41,537 bases of DNA from Sphingomonadaceae bacterium (GTDB lineage Bacteria; Chloroflexota; UBA6077), in NCBI GenBank assembly GCA_050261575.1, contig JBLNDL010000075.1, forward strand, positions 1 to 41,537. Direction: 5' to 3'. The notes beneath the pieces were generated by a model, which was not told the DNA's origin, made no database searches, and saw only the letters and a list, made by a program, of their open reading frames with translations. Each line of letters starts with the position of its first letter. The stretch's first letter is position 1. Positions 9,149-16,511 of the stretch are shown here, in pieces. Both the position numbers and the translations under genes were made by a program.

Positions 9149-11113
9149 CTACTCCGTCGATTGCATCCGCTTATGTGCGGCCCGCACCTTTCGGGATACC
9201 TCCTCCGCCTCCTCGGGCCCCAACGCGTTCTCCAGCCACCTGACCGCCTCTGCCCCCATCCCGAGATCGGCCCCCTCTGGCAACGAGCGCAGCAGCTTGA
9301 GCGCGAAGAGGCTCTCGCGCAGCACGGCGGGATCACCCAGCGCTCGACGCGCCCCCTCGCGGCGCACACTCGGGTCAAGCCGCGGCCGCTGCCCGGCCTT
9401 GCGCAGCGCCTCCACCAACTGCCACACCCGCTCGGGGATCACCCTGTAGTCCCTGGGCCCAAGCCGCGACTCCAAGCACACCGCCACGCCTGGCAGCGCG
9501 AACACGGCGTCCGCGTCCTCCGCCGTGGCCGCGGACAGGATCGTGCCTGCACCCAGGGTGAAGCGGCCGTGGTCGGCCTCCCAGACATCTATCTCCTGTC
9601 GTATGCCGTCCGGCAGGCTCGCCCCGGTCGCCCATTCCAGCAACTCCCTCAACTCGTCCCAGGAGCCCCCAGCCTCGATCCCCGCCAACGCCGATTCCCT
9701 CGTCAGGCGGTAGCTGCTCGCCCTGCCTCGACGGATCAGTTGCAGGTAGGGCTCCAGGCGGAGGAGGAGACCCAGGTCCATCCCCTCCGGCGACTCCACC
9801 TCACCACCAGGTCCCAGGGACAGCCGTGCACCAGGGGTTGGACGAGCCGCCATTATGGGGGACACGCCGCGCGACCAGGGGATCGAGGGCTGCCGAGACG
9901 GGCCTGGGGAGCCGTCGAGGGAGCCGAGGCCGCGGTCGGTGGTGGACAACGGAAGGGCCCGGAGCTGGAACCCTACCGCCCTCCCACCAGTGGAGAGACC
10001 CCACCGCACCACGCCCAGCCAATACAGCGGTCCCCGGAGCACGTACCGCAGCCATTCCCGCTCCACCCTGCCCCAACTGTCGGGGCCGCGCAACTCCACC
10101 CCAGTCTCCAGGTCCAGGACGGCCCAGGATAGGGAGGCGTGGTCCTCCCGCAAAAAGTCGGGGTTCAGCCGCCACAGCGCCTCACAGAAGCGATCCTCGT
10201 CTACCCACCCCTCGTCAGCCACCTCCACCAAGTGGTGCACCAGTAGCTGCCGTCCCGCCGCCTCGTCGATCTGTCTGCCGCCCAACGGCTGGCGCACCTT
10301 TCCCGCCGCCGCCAAGTCACTCCAGCCACGGTCCTTGAGATAGCGCTCCAGCAGCCTCGCGCGCACCTCCTCCGGCCCTCCCGACAGCAGCCGAGCCGCC
10401 CGTCTGGACGGCACCAGGGCCACCCCGCGCCGCATCACCCAACCACCGCTCGCGCAGAGGTGGAGCAGGAACCGCCACCTCTCCTCCCACCTGTCTGCGG
10501 CCACATCCACGGAGCCGGGGCCAGCCTCCTGCTCCAGCTTCGCCAACTCCAGCCGTGGCAGCACGCCGCGCACTGGGCGACGCGGCTCCCTCGACAGGAA
10601 TGAGAGAAGGCAGAAGACGTCGAAGGCTGGATCCCGCTCCACGACGATCTCCGGCTCGCGCTCCGGACCCAAATCGGGCAGCGTCGCCTCCTCTTGCGGC
10701 GGCAGAGAGGCGTCCACAGCCGGCCGCAACTCCTCGGGCACGAAGTACACCTCGCCGCGCCACGAGCCGATCGCAGCAAAGGATCGGAACAGCAGCCCCT
10801 TCTGGAGGAGGGAGAGGGTGGGGCCGGGTTCGGCACCCCCCGGCACCGTCGGCCTCGGCTGAGGGAATCGCCTCTCCAGCACGAACGACTTCGCCATCCA
10901 GCCCTGGTCACGCACCGCCTGGAGCAGCGACCGCTCTTCCGAAGAGAGGTGGGAAAGGAAACCCGACAGATGGGCCGGCGACTGCAGCCGGTGCAGCAGC
11001 AGATCGGCCAGCTCACCGCGAAGGGTGGCGTCCTCCACCACCACCCCGTGGTTGGTGGCGATCCTCCGCAGCAGCGCCAGGGTGCATTCCTGTAGCGAAC
11101 GGTCGAGCTTCAC
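9149..11113 (-). CDS. Helicase-associated domain protein (XPB/Ssl2 N-terminal-like, Helicase_C_3); no helicase ATPase motifs
   Basis: YRLTRESALAGIEAGGSWDELRELLEWATGASLPDGIRQEIDVW matches the remembered Helicase_C_3 signature; GPLYWLGVV. No Walker A or DExH motif seen. Confidence 0.7.
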   Translation of the reverse strand: MKLDRSLQECTLALLRRIATNHGVVVEDATLRGELADLLLHRLQSPAHLSGFLSHLSSEERSLLQAVRDQGWMAKSFVLERRFPQPRPTVPGGAEPGPTLSLLQKGLLFRSFAAIGSWRGEVYFVPEELRPAVDASLPPQEEATLPDLGPEREPEIVVERDPAFDVFCLLSFLSREPRRPVRGVLPRLELAKLEQEAGPGSVDVAADRWEERWRFLLHLCASGGWVMRRGVALVPSRRAARLLSGGPEEVRARLLERYLKDRGWSDLAAAGKVRQPLGGRQIDEAAGRQLLVHHLVEVADEGWVDEDRFCEALWRLNPDFLREDHASLSWAVLDLETGVELRGPDSWGRVEREWLRYVLRGPLYWLGVVRWGLSTGGRAVGFQLRALPLSTTDRGLGSLDGSPGPSRQPSIPWSRGVSPIMAARPTPGARLSLGPGGEVESPEGMDLGLLLRLEPYLQLIRRGRASSYRLTRESALAGIEAGGSWDELRELLEWATGASLPDGIRQEIDVWEADHGRFTLGAGTILSAATAEDADAVFALPGVAVCLESRLGPRDYRVIPERVWQLVEALRKAGQRPRLDPSVRREGARRALGDPAVLRESLFALKLLRSLPEGADLGMGAEAVRWLENALGPEEAEEVSRKVRAAHKRMQSTE

Positions 11114-11197
11114 TGGAGACTCCTGCCCTTGACTGTGCGGGCAGCGCCGGTGGAGAATTGGCCCGCGACGAATCTGGAGAATGGGCGGTGTATATCC

Positions 11198-11830
11198 ATG
11201 TCGAACAGCAAGGCTGAAGTCACCACGCTGGTGCTAGGGCCTCTCCAAACGAACTGCTACCTGGTGGTATGCCCCACCACCCGCGAGGCACTCGTCATCG
11301 ATCCGGCCGATGCCCCCAACAGCATCCTCAAGGCGGCACAAGACAGGAACGCCCACATCGGCCGCATCCTGCTGACCCACACCCATCCAGACCACCTGGG
11401 TGGACTGCCTGGGTTGCGGCAAGCCACGGGAGCCCAGCTTCTGGCCCACCGCAAGGACGCGGAGATGATCCGGCAGCACGGCAGCTTTTACGGACTGACC
11501 GAGGCGCAGATCACCCAACTGGCGCCCGACGTCGAACTGGAGGGTGGCGAGGAGATCCAGATCGGCCAGTTGACCGCGAAGGCGATCCACACGCCCGGAC
11601 ACACGCCCGGGGGCATCACTCTGCAGGTTGGCGACGTCCTCTTCACCGGGGACACCCTCTTCGCCCAGGGCATAGGCAGGGTGGATCTTCCCGGAGGCAA
11701 CCTCGATCAGTTGCTGAACAGCATACAGAGGCTTTTCGAGCTGCCCGACGAGTGCGCCGTCTTCCCGGGGCACGGCCTCTCCTCGACCATCGGCACCGAG
11801 AAGCGGGACAACCCGTACGTATCACGGTAG
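11198..11830 (+). CDS. MBL-fold metallo-hydrolase (glyoxalase II/YcbL-like)
   Basis: GPLQTNCY, THTHPDH (HxHxDH), TPGHTPG, GDTLF, PGHG, TIGTEKRDNP. Confidence 0.93.
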   Translation: MSNSKAEVTTLVLGPLQTNCYLVVCPTTREALVIDPADAPNSILKAAQDRNAHIGRILLTHTHPDHLGGLPGLRQATGAQLLAHRKDAEMIRQHGSFYGLTEAQITQLAPDVELEGGEEIQIGQLTAKAIHTPGHTPGGITLQVGDVLFTGDTLFAQGIGRVDLPGGNLDQLLNSIQRLFELPDECAVFPGHGLSSTIGTEKRDNPYVSR

Positions 11831-11846
11831 ATGCTCAATACCCGGT

Positions 11847-11891
11847 GCTGCGTGCTGAGTGGTCCTGAGCACTCAGGATTCAGCACGCAGC
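11847..11891. terminator. Hairpin built of heptamer-like units between convergent genes
   Basis: GCTGCGTGCTGAG...TCCTGAG-CA-CTCAGGA-TTCAGCACGCAGC between the MBL and ppaC stops. No U-tract. Confidence 0.55.
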
Positions 11892-11900
11892 GATCTCGAT

Positions 11901-13544
11901 CTACGGTGTGCGCGCGCGGATCTCGTCCCGAATGGTGGGAAGCAGGGGCACTATCTGCTTCTTCCGAGAGAGGATCCCGGGAAACTCCATGCGGTGTCCG
12001 TCCTCGAGATCGCGGCCCAGTGCCTCGGCCACTTCCCTCTCGTGACCTTCGACCAGCAACTCCGTCCGCTCGTGGGCTATGTCCATCACCATCAGCAGAA
12101 CGCTGGCGTACCGCCTTTCCTCCCGCAGACTCAGCATCTCCCGCAGCAACTGCTCGCGCATCGCTGCCACCGCTGAGGCGTTGACCGTCTCCACACTGGA
12201 GACCCCGAAACGCAGGTCCCCGAGGGCGAACTCCTTGAAGTCGGCCAGCAGCAGCTCCCTGGGCGCCTTGCCTGCCACGTCCGACGCTGCCGACAGAACC
12301 GCCCGCCCCAACTCGTTCACGTCGACCCCGGCCCGCTCGGCCAGCACCTCCGCCGCCCGCCGGTCCTCCTGAGTGCAGGTGGGGGACTTGAACAGGATGG
12401 TATCCGTGAGGATCGCCCCGAGCATGATCCCCGCGATCGCCCGGGGGATCTGGACCATGTTCTCGCGGAACATCTTGTAGATTATGGTGTTGCTGGAGCC
12501 CAGAGGCTCGCACCGCACGTAGATGGGTGCATCGGTTCGGATGTCGTAGATCCGGTGGTGGTCGACGACGGCCACGACCTCTGCCTCCTCCAGCCCCTCC
12601 ACCGACTGGCTTCGCTCGTTGTGATCGACCAGGGCGACCCTCTGCCGTGGAGGTCTCAGGACCCCGCTCCGGGAAACGACCCCCACCACCTTCCCCTCGG
12701 GGTCGACCACGGGCAGGATGGGCTGCCTCGCCAGCAGGGGTCTCGCATCGTCCAGCAGCTCGTCCTCCTCGGCCGTCAATACGTCCGTGGTCATCACGTG
12801 GCGCACAGGAATGCTCAGGTTCAACAACTGCACGGTTTTGAAGGTGTGGTGCCGAGAGCTGATGATGGTGACCTGCCGCTGGCGGGCAAGGTCCAGGATC
12901 TCCGCCTGGACGGGAAAACCACCCGTCACGACGATGGCGCTGATCCCACCCTCGATGGCCAGCTTCTGAGCATCGGTTCGATCCCCGATCACCATCAGGG
13001 AATCCGGCTCGACCCGGTGGACCATGGACTCCAGGCTCATGGCGCCGACGAACACCTTGTCCCACAGCCTCCGGCCATTGCCCTCCACCAGGACCTGTCC
13101 GCCCAGCGCCCTCACGACGTTCTCAAGGTTCAGGGGTATCTCCTCGCTCACCGACAGACCAACCCCGCCCATGAAGAGGGTCGCGAAGCTCTCGATCTGG
13201 ATCAACCCGCACAGCCGGCCGTCGTTGTCCACCACCGGCAGAGCCGGAAGCCCCCGCTCCTGCAGCACCCACCCGACGTCGTACAGGGAATCCTCCTTGT
13301 TCACAGTCAGGGCAGGCTGCACCATAACGTCGTCGACGCGGGCCTTCACATCCTTTATGTAAACCGGCGGCGGAACCGAGAAGCGGTCCAGCAGGTACTC
13401 CGTCTCCTTGCGCAACTCACCCTGCCGAGCGGCTACCGCGTCCTCCTGCCCCATTGCTCGCAGAAGGTAGGCGTAAGCGATGGCCGAGCATATCGCGTCG
13501 GTGTCGGGGAACTTGTGACCAACGACGTAGAGACGCCTCGCCAT
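11901..13544 (-). CDS. ppaC: Family II Mn-dependent inorganic pyrophosphatase with CBS-DRTGG-CBS insert (CBS-PPase)
   Basis: GHKFPDTDAICSA, CBS (ALPVVD), DRTGG-type IGDRTD...VVTGG, second CBS, LVDHNE, DHH, DFKEF, SRKKQIVP. Confidence 0.95.
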   Translation of the reverse strand: MARRLYVVGHKFPDTDAICSAIAYAYLLRAMGQEDAVAARQGELRKETEYLLDRFSVPPPVYIKDVKARVDDVMVQPALTVNKEDSLYDVGWVLQERGLPALPVVDNDGRLCGLIQIESFATLFMGGVGLSVSEEIPLNLENVVRALGGQVLVEGNGRRLWDKVFVGAMSLESMVHRVEPDSLMVIGDRTDAQKLAIEGGISAIVVTGGFPVQAEILDLARQRQVTIISSRHHTFKTVQLLNLSIPVRHVMTTDVLTAEEDELLDDARPLLARQPILPVVDPEGKVVGVVSRSGVLRPPRQRVALVDHNERSQSVEGLEEAEVVAVVDHHRIYDIRTDAPIYVRCEPLGSSNTIIYKMFRENMVQIPRAIAGIMLGAILTDTILFKSPTCTQEDRRAAEVLAERAGVDVNELGRAVLSAASDVAGKAPRELLLADFKEFALGDLRFGVSSVETVNASAVAAMREQLLREMLSLREERRYASVLLMVMDIAHERTELLVEGHEREVAEALGRDLEDGHRMEFPGILSRKKQIVPLLPTIRDEIRARTP

Positions 13545-14215
13545 CAGTTGCTCTCTCTCTCCACCCTCGCTCTACGAGCTATCTCCAGCAGCTCCCTGGT
13601 CGCATCGGCGATGCTGGGCCGAGCGAACACCGCCCGCACCACCGCCACGGCGTCCGCCCCGGCCCTAAAGACGGTGCCTGCGTTCAGGGCGTCTATCCCT
13701 CCGATGGCCACCAGCGGCCGCTTCACGCGCCACCTTACCCTCTCCAGCAACTGCAGCCCGCCCAGTTCGGCGTCGGTCTTCGTGGGGGTGGCGAAGATGG
13801 CTCCCACTCCGATGTAGTCCACCCCCTGCCGATCCGCCTCCAGCGCTTCCTCGAGAGCCGAGATCGACAGGCCGATCAGCTTCTCCGGTCCGAGCAGTCT
13901 ACGGGCCTCTTCTACCGGCAGGTCATCCTGCCCCAGGTGCACCCCATCGGCGTCAGCCGCCCAGGCTAGCGCCACGTCGTCGTTGACGATGAAAGCCGCC
14001 CCACGCGCCTCGCAAAGCGCCTTCATGGAGCGCGCCTCCTCCAACAGTCTGCGCTTCGGCGTGCGCTTGTCCCGAAGCTGGACTATTCGGGCCCCGGCGG
14101 AGAGGGCCTCATCCACGGACCGTAGACGCCCCTCCGCGGCCACAGCATCCTCGGTAACCAGGTACACGCCGCTGTTCACCAGCAGCCTCAGCATTTCCTG
14201 CTTGCTCAAAGCCAT
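13544..14215 (-). CDS. thiE: Thiamine-phosphate synthase
   Basis: VQLRDK, IVNDD, DGVHLGQDD, GAIFATPTK, AIGGI. Start ATG 14215; stop overlaps the ppaC start (TGATG). Confidence 0.95.
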   Translation of the reverse strand: MALSKQEMLRLLVNSGVYLVTEDAVAAEGRLRSVDEALSAGARIVQLRDKRTPKRRLLEEARSMKALCEARGAAFIVNDDVALAWAADADGVHLGQDDLPVEEARRLLGPEKLIGLSISALEEALEADRQGVDYIGVGAIFATPTKTDAELGGLQLLERVRWRVKRPLVAIGGIDALNAGTVFRAGADAVAVVRAVFARPSIADATRELLEIARRARVERESN

Positions 14216-14234
14216 CGTTGCACCAGAACTCCAA

Positions 14235-14308
14235 AACAGGTATCTCCAGATAGAGTACACGTTTCCCGCCAGAAAAGTCGACACGAACCAAAGATACCTG
14301 CTTAACTC
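14235..14308 (-). repeat. Unknown 73-nt hairpin element, copy B, in the thiE 5' leader
   Basis: 61/73 identity to 6421-6493. The four stem differences relative to copy A all give G-U pairs on the minus strand. Confidence 0.9.
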
Positions 14309-14322
14309 TACTCACACGATCG

Positions 14323-14352
14323 ATTATATGCCTCGCCACGAAACGGTTTCAA
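14323..14352 (-). promoter_or_regulatory. Sigma70-type promoter for thiE-ppaC
   Basis: Minus strand TTGAAA-18nt-TATAAT. Confidence 0.75.
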
Positions 14353-14357
14353 CGACG

Positions 14358-14400
14358 CAACCCGAGGGGAGCCGAGATGGCCTCGGCTCCCCTCGGGTTG
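14358..14400. terminator. Perfect 19-bp stem-loop downstream of the wHTH gene
   Basis: CAACCCGAGGGGAGCCGAG-ATGGC-CTCGGCTCCCCTCGGGTTG. No U-tract. Confidence 0.6.
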
Positions 14401-14442
14401 TCAAACCTACCCTGTTACCTTGCGGAGGCCATGGCGCCCGCT

Positions 14443-14859
14443 CTACCCGGAACCGGCGGCGGTTCGCCGGGTCGATCCCTCGGTGGACTGAGCCTTGCGT
14501 GCCCTGCGCAGCGACTTGGCTGCCAGTCGCTCTACGATCGCTCCGTAGTGGCTGCTGAAGCTGAGCCGGTACATCCTGGTCACGAGATCCCGCTTCGCCG
14601 GATCGCTATTCAGGCCGTACACGGGCTCGTCGTCCTCCGCCCTACGCACCCTCACCAGCAGCCCGGCCCGCGTCAAGGCCTCCAGGGCCTCCCCCGTTCT
14701 CTCCGGGCTTCTCAACCCCAGTTCGTCGGAGAAATGGGCGACGCTACCCCACACCTGCGGCCTCTCGTGAAGGTATCGGAGGATGTTGTATCTTGCCAAG
14801 TCATCGACTTCGCGATCGAGCAACTCTTCTAGATCGGGATCCAACCTGACACTGAGCAT
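14443..14859 (-). CDS. Small hypothetical protein with predicted winged helix-turn-helix fold
   Basis: Strong RBS AGGAGGTG before ATG 14859. Pattern RYNILRYLHE...SVAHFSDELGL.SPERTGEALEALTRAGLLVRV...VYGL resembles wHTH helices plus wing. Confidence 0.7.
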   Translation of the reverse strand: MLSVRLDPDLEELLDREVDDLARYNILRYLHERPQVWGSVAHFSDELGLRSPERTGEALEALTRAGLLVRVRRAEDDEPVYGLNSDPAKRDLVTRMYRLSFSSHYGAIVERLAAKSLRRARKAQSTEGSTRRTAAGSG

Positions 14860-15018
14860 GAAGCCGTGCACCTCCTAGCTGTTTGCTGATAGGTGGCGAG
14901 GCCTACACGCCGGAATGGCGCCTGTCGAAGGAAACCGCTCGGGGAGGTGGCAAGAGGGGATACACCTCGCCAGACAGTTCGTCTCACCGCTGCCCGACGA
15001 AGGCGTGTCACTTCGCTC

Positions 15019-15143
15019 GTCCTCTTTCCCGCGCCTACGAGGTTAGCTGACGGGCTTGGGCTGAAAGAGTAGCCCTACATGCGAAACCGCACGATTCGCC
15101 CCAAGAAGGTGGTTCCCCCGCTCCCTGAGACAGGAACTCGGCC
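15019..15143 (-). ncRNA. Cyclic di-AMP riboswitch (ydaO/yuaA class)
   Basis: Minus strand GGCCGAGTTCC...GGAGCGGGGGAACC...TTGGGGCGAATC...GTAGGGCTACTCTTTCAGCCCAAGCCCGTCAGCTAACCTCGTAGGC...GAAAGAGGA carries the hallmark blocks in the right order. Confidence 0.95.
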
Positions 15144-15176
15144 TAAGACGTACGCTTCTGTTGTCGATGCAAGGGC

Positions 15177-15204
15177 ACTATACCACGCACCAAGTGGTTG
15201 TCAA
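15177..15204 (-). promoter_or_regulatory. Sigma70-type promoter upstream of the c-di-AMP riboswitch
   Basis: Minus strand TTGACA-16nt-TATAGT with extended -10 (TGG). Confidence 0.8.
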
Positions 15205-15250
15205 GCACCCCGCGTCGGAGTGGCACCGCTATCCTAGGCCGGGTCGCCAG

Positions 15251-15482
15251 GGCTCTCAGCCTGCGGGTCGGCCTCCGCGCACGACCCGCCTGTCTCTCCC
15301 CAGCAAACTCCGTGCCTTCTACATGATGGCAGTGGGAGGTTGACCCGTGGCAGGGTTGCACTTGGGCGAGCCAGGAAAAGTGAGGCTGAGAGTCAAGGCT
15401 CGCCCTCGCAATTGCCACCACGTCTCATCCCCGCGTGGACGATCCCGCCAGCACGAGACAGAATCTCCCGGCACGGGGTTTG
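15251..15482. other. Candidate structured non-coding element (long irregular hairpin)
   Basis: 13-bp closing stem 15304-15316/15470-15482, inner stems GTGGCA/TGCCAC and GGGCGAGCC/GGCTCGCCC, apical loop complementary to 15251-15262. Confidence 0.45.
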
Positions 15483-15548
15483 ACCATCAATGGACACACC
15501 GAGGACAATAGAATCGTGTCGCCCAGCACCTGCCCGGAAGGAGATCGG

Positions 15549-16037
15549 ATGCCCGCAATCGAGCGATCGATCCTGGTCGAAGCCCCGATCGACGAGGTGT
15601 TCGCCTTCGTCGCAGACTACCGCAACACCACGATGTACCAGAGGCAGTTCTCCCATTTCGCCCCCATCATCGACTCGCCCACCCACGGTTTGGGAATGAC
15701 ACTGGACGTGCGCGGTCGCTTCAAAGGACTCCCCATCCGCGCGAAGCTGCGGGTAACCGACTTCGTACCGAACGAGCTCATCCTCTCGCGCTCCATAGAG
15801 GGGCTGGAGAGTACCGCTGAATGGCGCTTCGCGCCGGAGGGAGGCGGCACGAGGGTTACCTTCGCCGCCAGGTACGCCTGGCCGATCCCGATCCTCGGTC
15901 GAACGCTGCGAAAGATGCTCGAGGCCGAGCTAGCATCAATGACGACGACCTCCCTGCGTGAGTTGAAGCGCCTGGTGGAGGCCACGCAGAGCGTTCGGAG
16001 ACAGCCCTCGGCAGAAGGTAGTCTCGATTCTGACTAG
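15549..16037 (+). CDS. SRPBCC (polyketide cyclase/START-like) family protein
   Basis: IERSILVEAPIDEVFAFVAD...WRFAPEGGGTRVT...SLRELKRLVE. RBS AAGGAG before ATG 15549. Confidence 0.88.
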   Translation: MPAIERSILVEAPIDEVFAFVADYRNTTMYQRQFSHFAPIIDSPTHGLGMTLDVRGRFKGLPIRAKLRVTDFVPNELILSRSIEGLESTAEWRFAPEGGGTRVTFAARYAWPIPILGRTLRKMLEAELASMTTTSLRELKRLVEATQSVRRQPSAEGSLDSD

Positions 16038-16086
16038 TCGTTGGGTAGGACGCGAAGGGGCGCCCCATCGGGTCTAACTCCGCGGT

Positions 16087-16116
16087 TTGTCAAGATCGGA
16101 AGCGCTGTGCTATACT
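16087..16116 (+). promoter_or_regulatory. Promoter of rpsO-pnp
   Basis: TTGTCA-18nt-TATACT with extended -10 (TGC). Confidence 0.7.
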
Positions 16117-16175
16117 CCGCACATATCGAGAACGTTGAGAAGAGGGACACCCAGATTCCCCAGGAGGTTGTCAAG

Positions 16176-16445
16176 GTGCCACTAGCCAGGGAAGTCAAGC
16201 AGGCTACCATCGAGAAGTTCAGAGTTCACGAGGGTGATACTGGCTCCTCTGAGGTGCAAGTCGCACTCCTTAGCCGTCGCATCGAGCAGTTGGTGGAGCA
16301 TCTGAAGACCAACAAGCACGATCACCACTCGCGCCGGGGACTGCTTATGCTCATCGGACAGCGTCGGCGCCTCCTCGCCTACCTCAGCCGCAAGGACTAT
16401 CGCAAGTACCAGACTCTGATAGCGGAGCTTGGCCTCCGCAAGTAG
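16176..16445 (+). CDS. rpsO: 30S ribosomal protein S15
   Basis: 89 aa from GTG 16176 (RBS AGGAGG): [26 protein letters not shown]. Confidence 0.99.
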   Translation: MPLAREVKQATIEKFRVHEGDTGSSEVQVALLSRRIEQLVEHLKTNKHDHHSRRGLLMLIGQRRRLLAYLSRKDYRKYQTLIAELGLRK

Positions 16446-16511
16446 GGGTCGCGCACCTTGGCTTCCTGATTCGAACGGGGAATAGGTCTGGGCTTCACCA
16501 GAGGAGTGGCA

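Noticed and set aside
14829..15011. 60-aa ORF between the riboswitch and the wHTH gene as a leader peptide
   Set aside because: Its apparent RBS is part of the aptamer 3' strand and the peptide has no recognisable features. Not supportable without ribosome profiling.
15230..15440. TPP, glycine or cobalamin riboswitch suggested by GGCTGAGAG on both strands and GGAGAG
   Set aside because: The other conserved blocks (ACCUGA...GCGNAGGGA, GCCGAAG, the B12 box) are missing.
16117..16175. S15 autoregulatory leader
   Set aside because: Only weak pairings are visible and no recognisable motif could be supported by eye.
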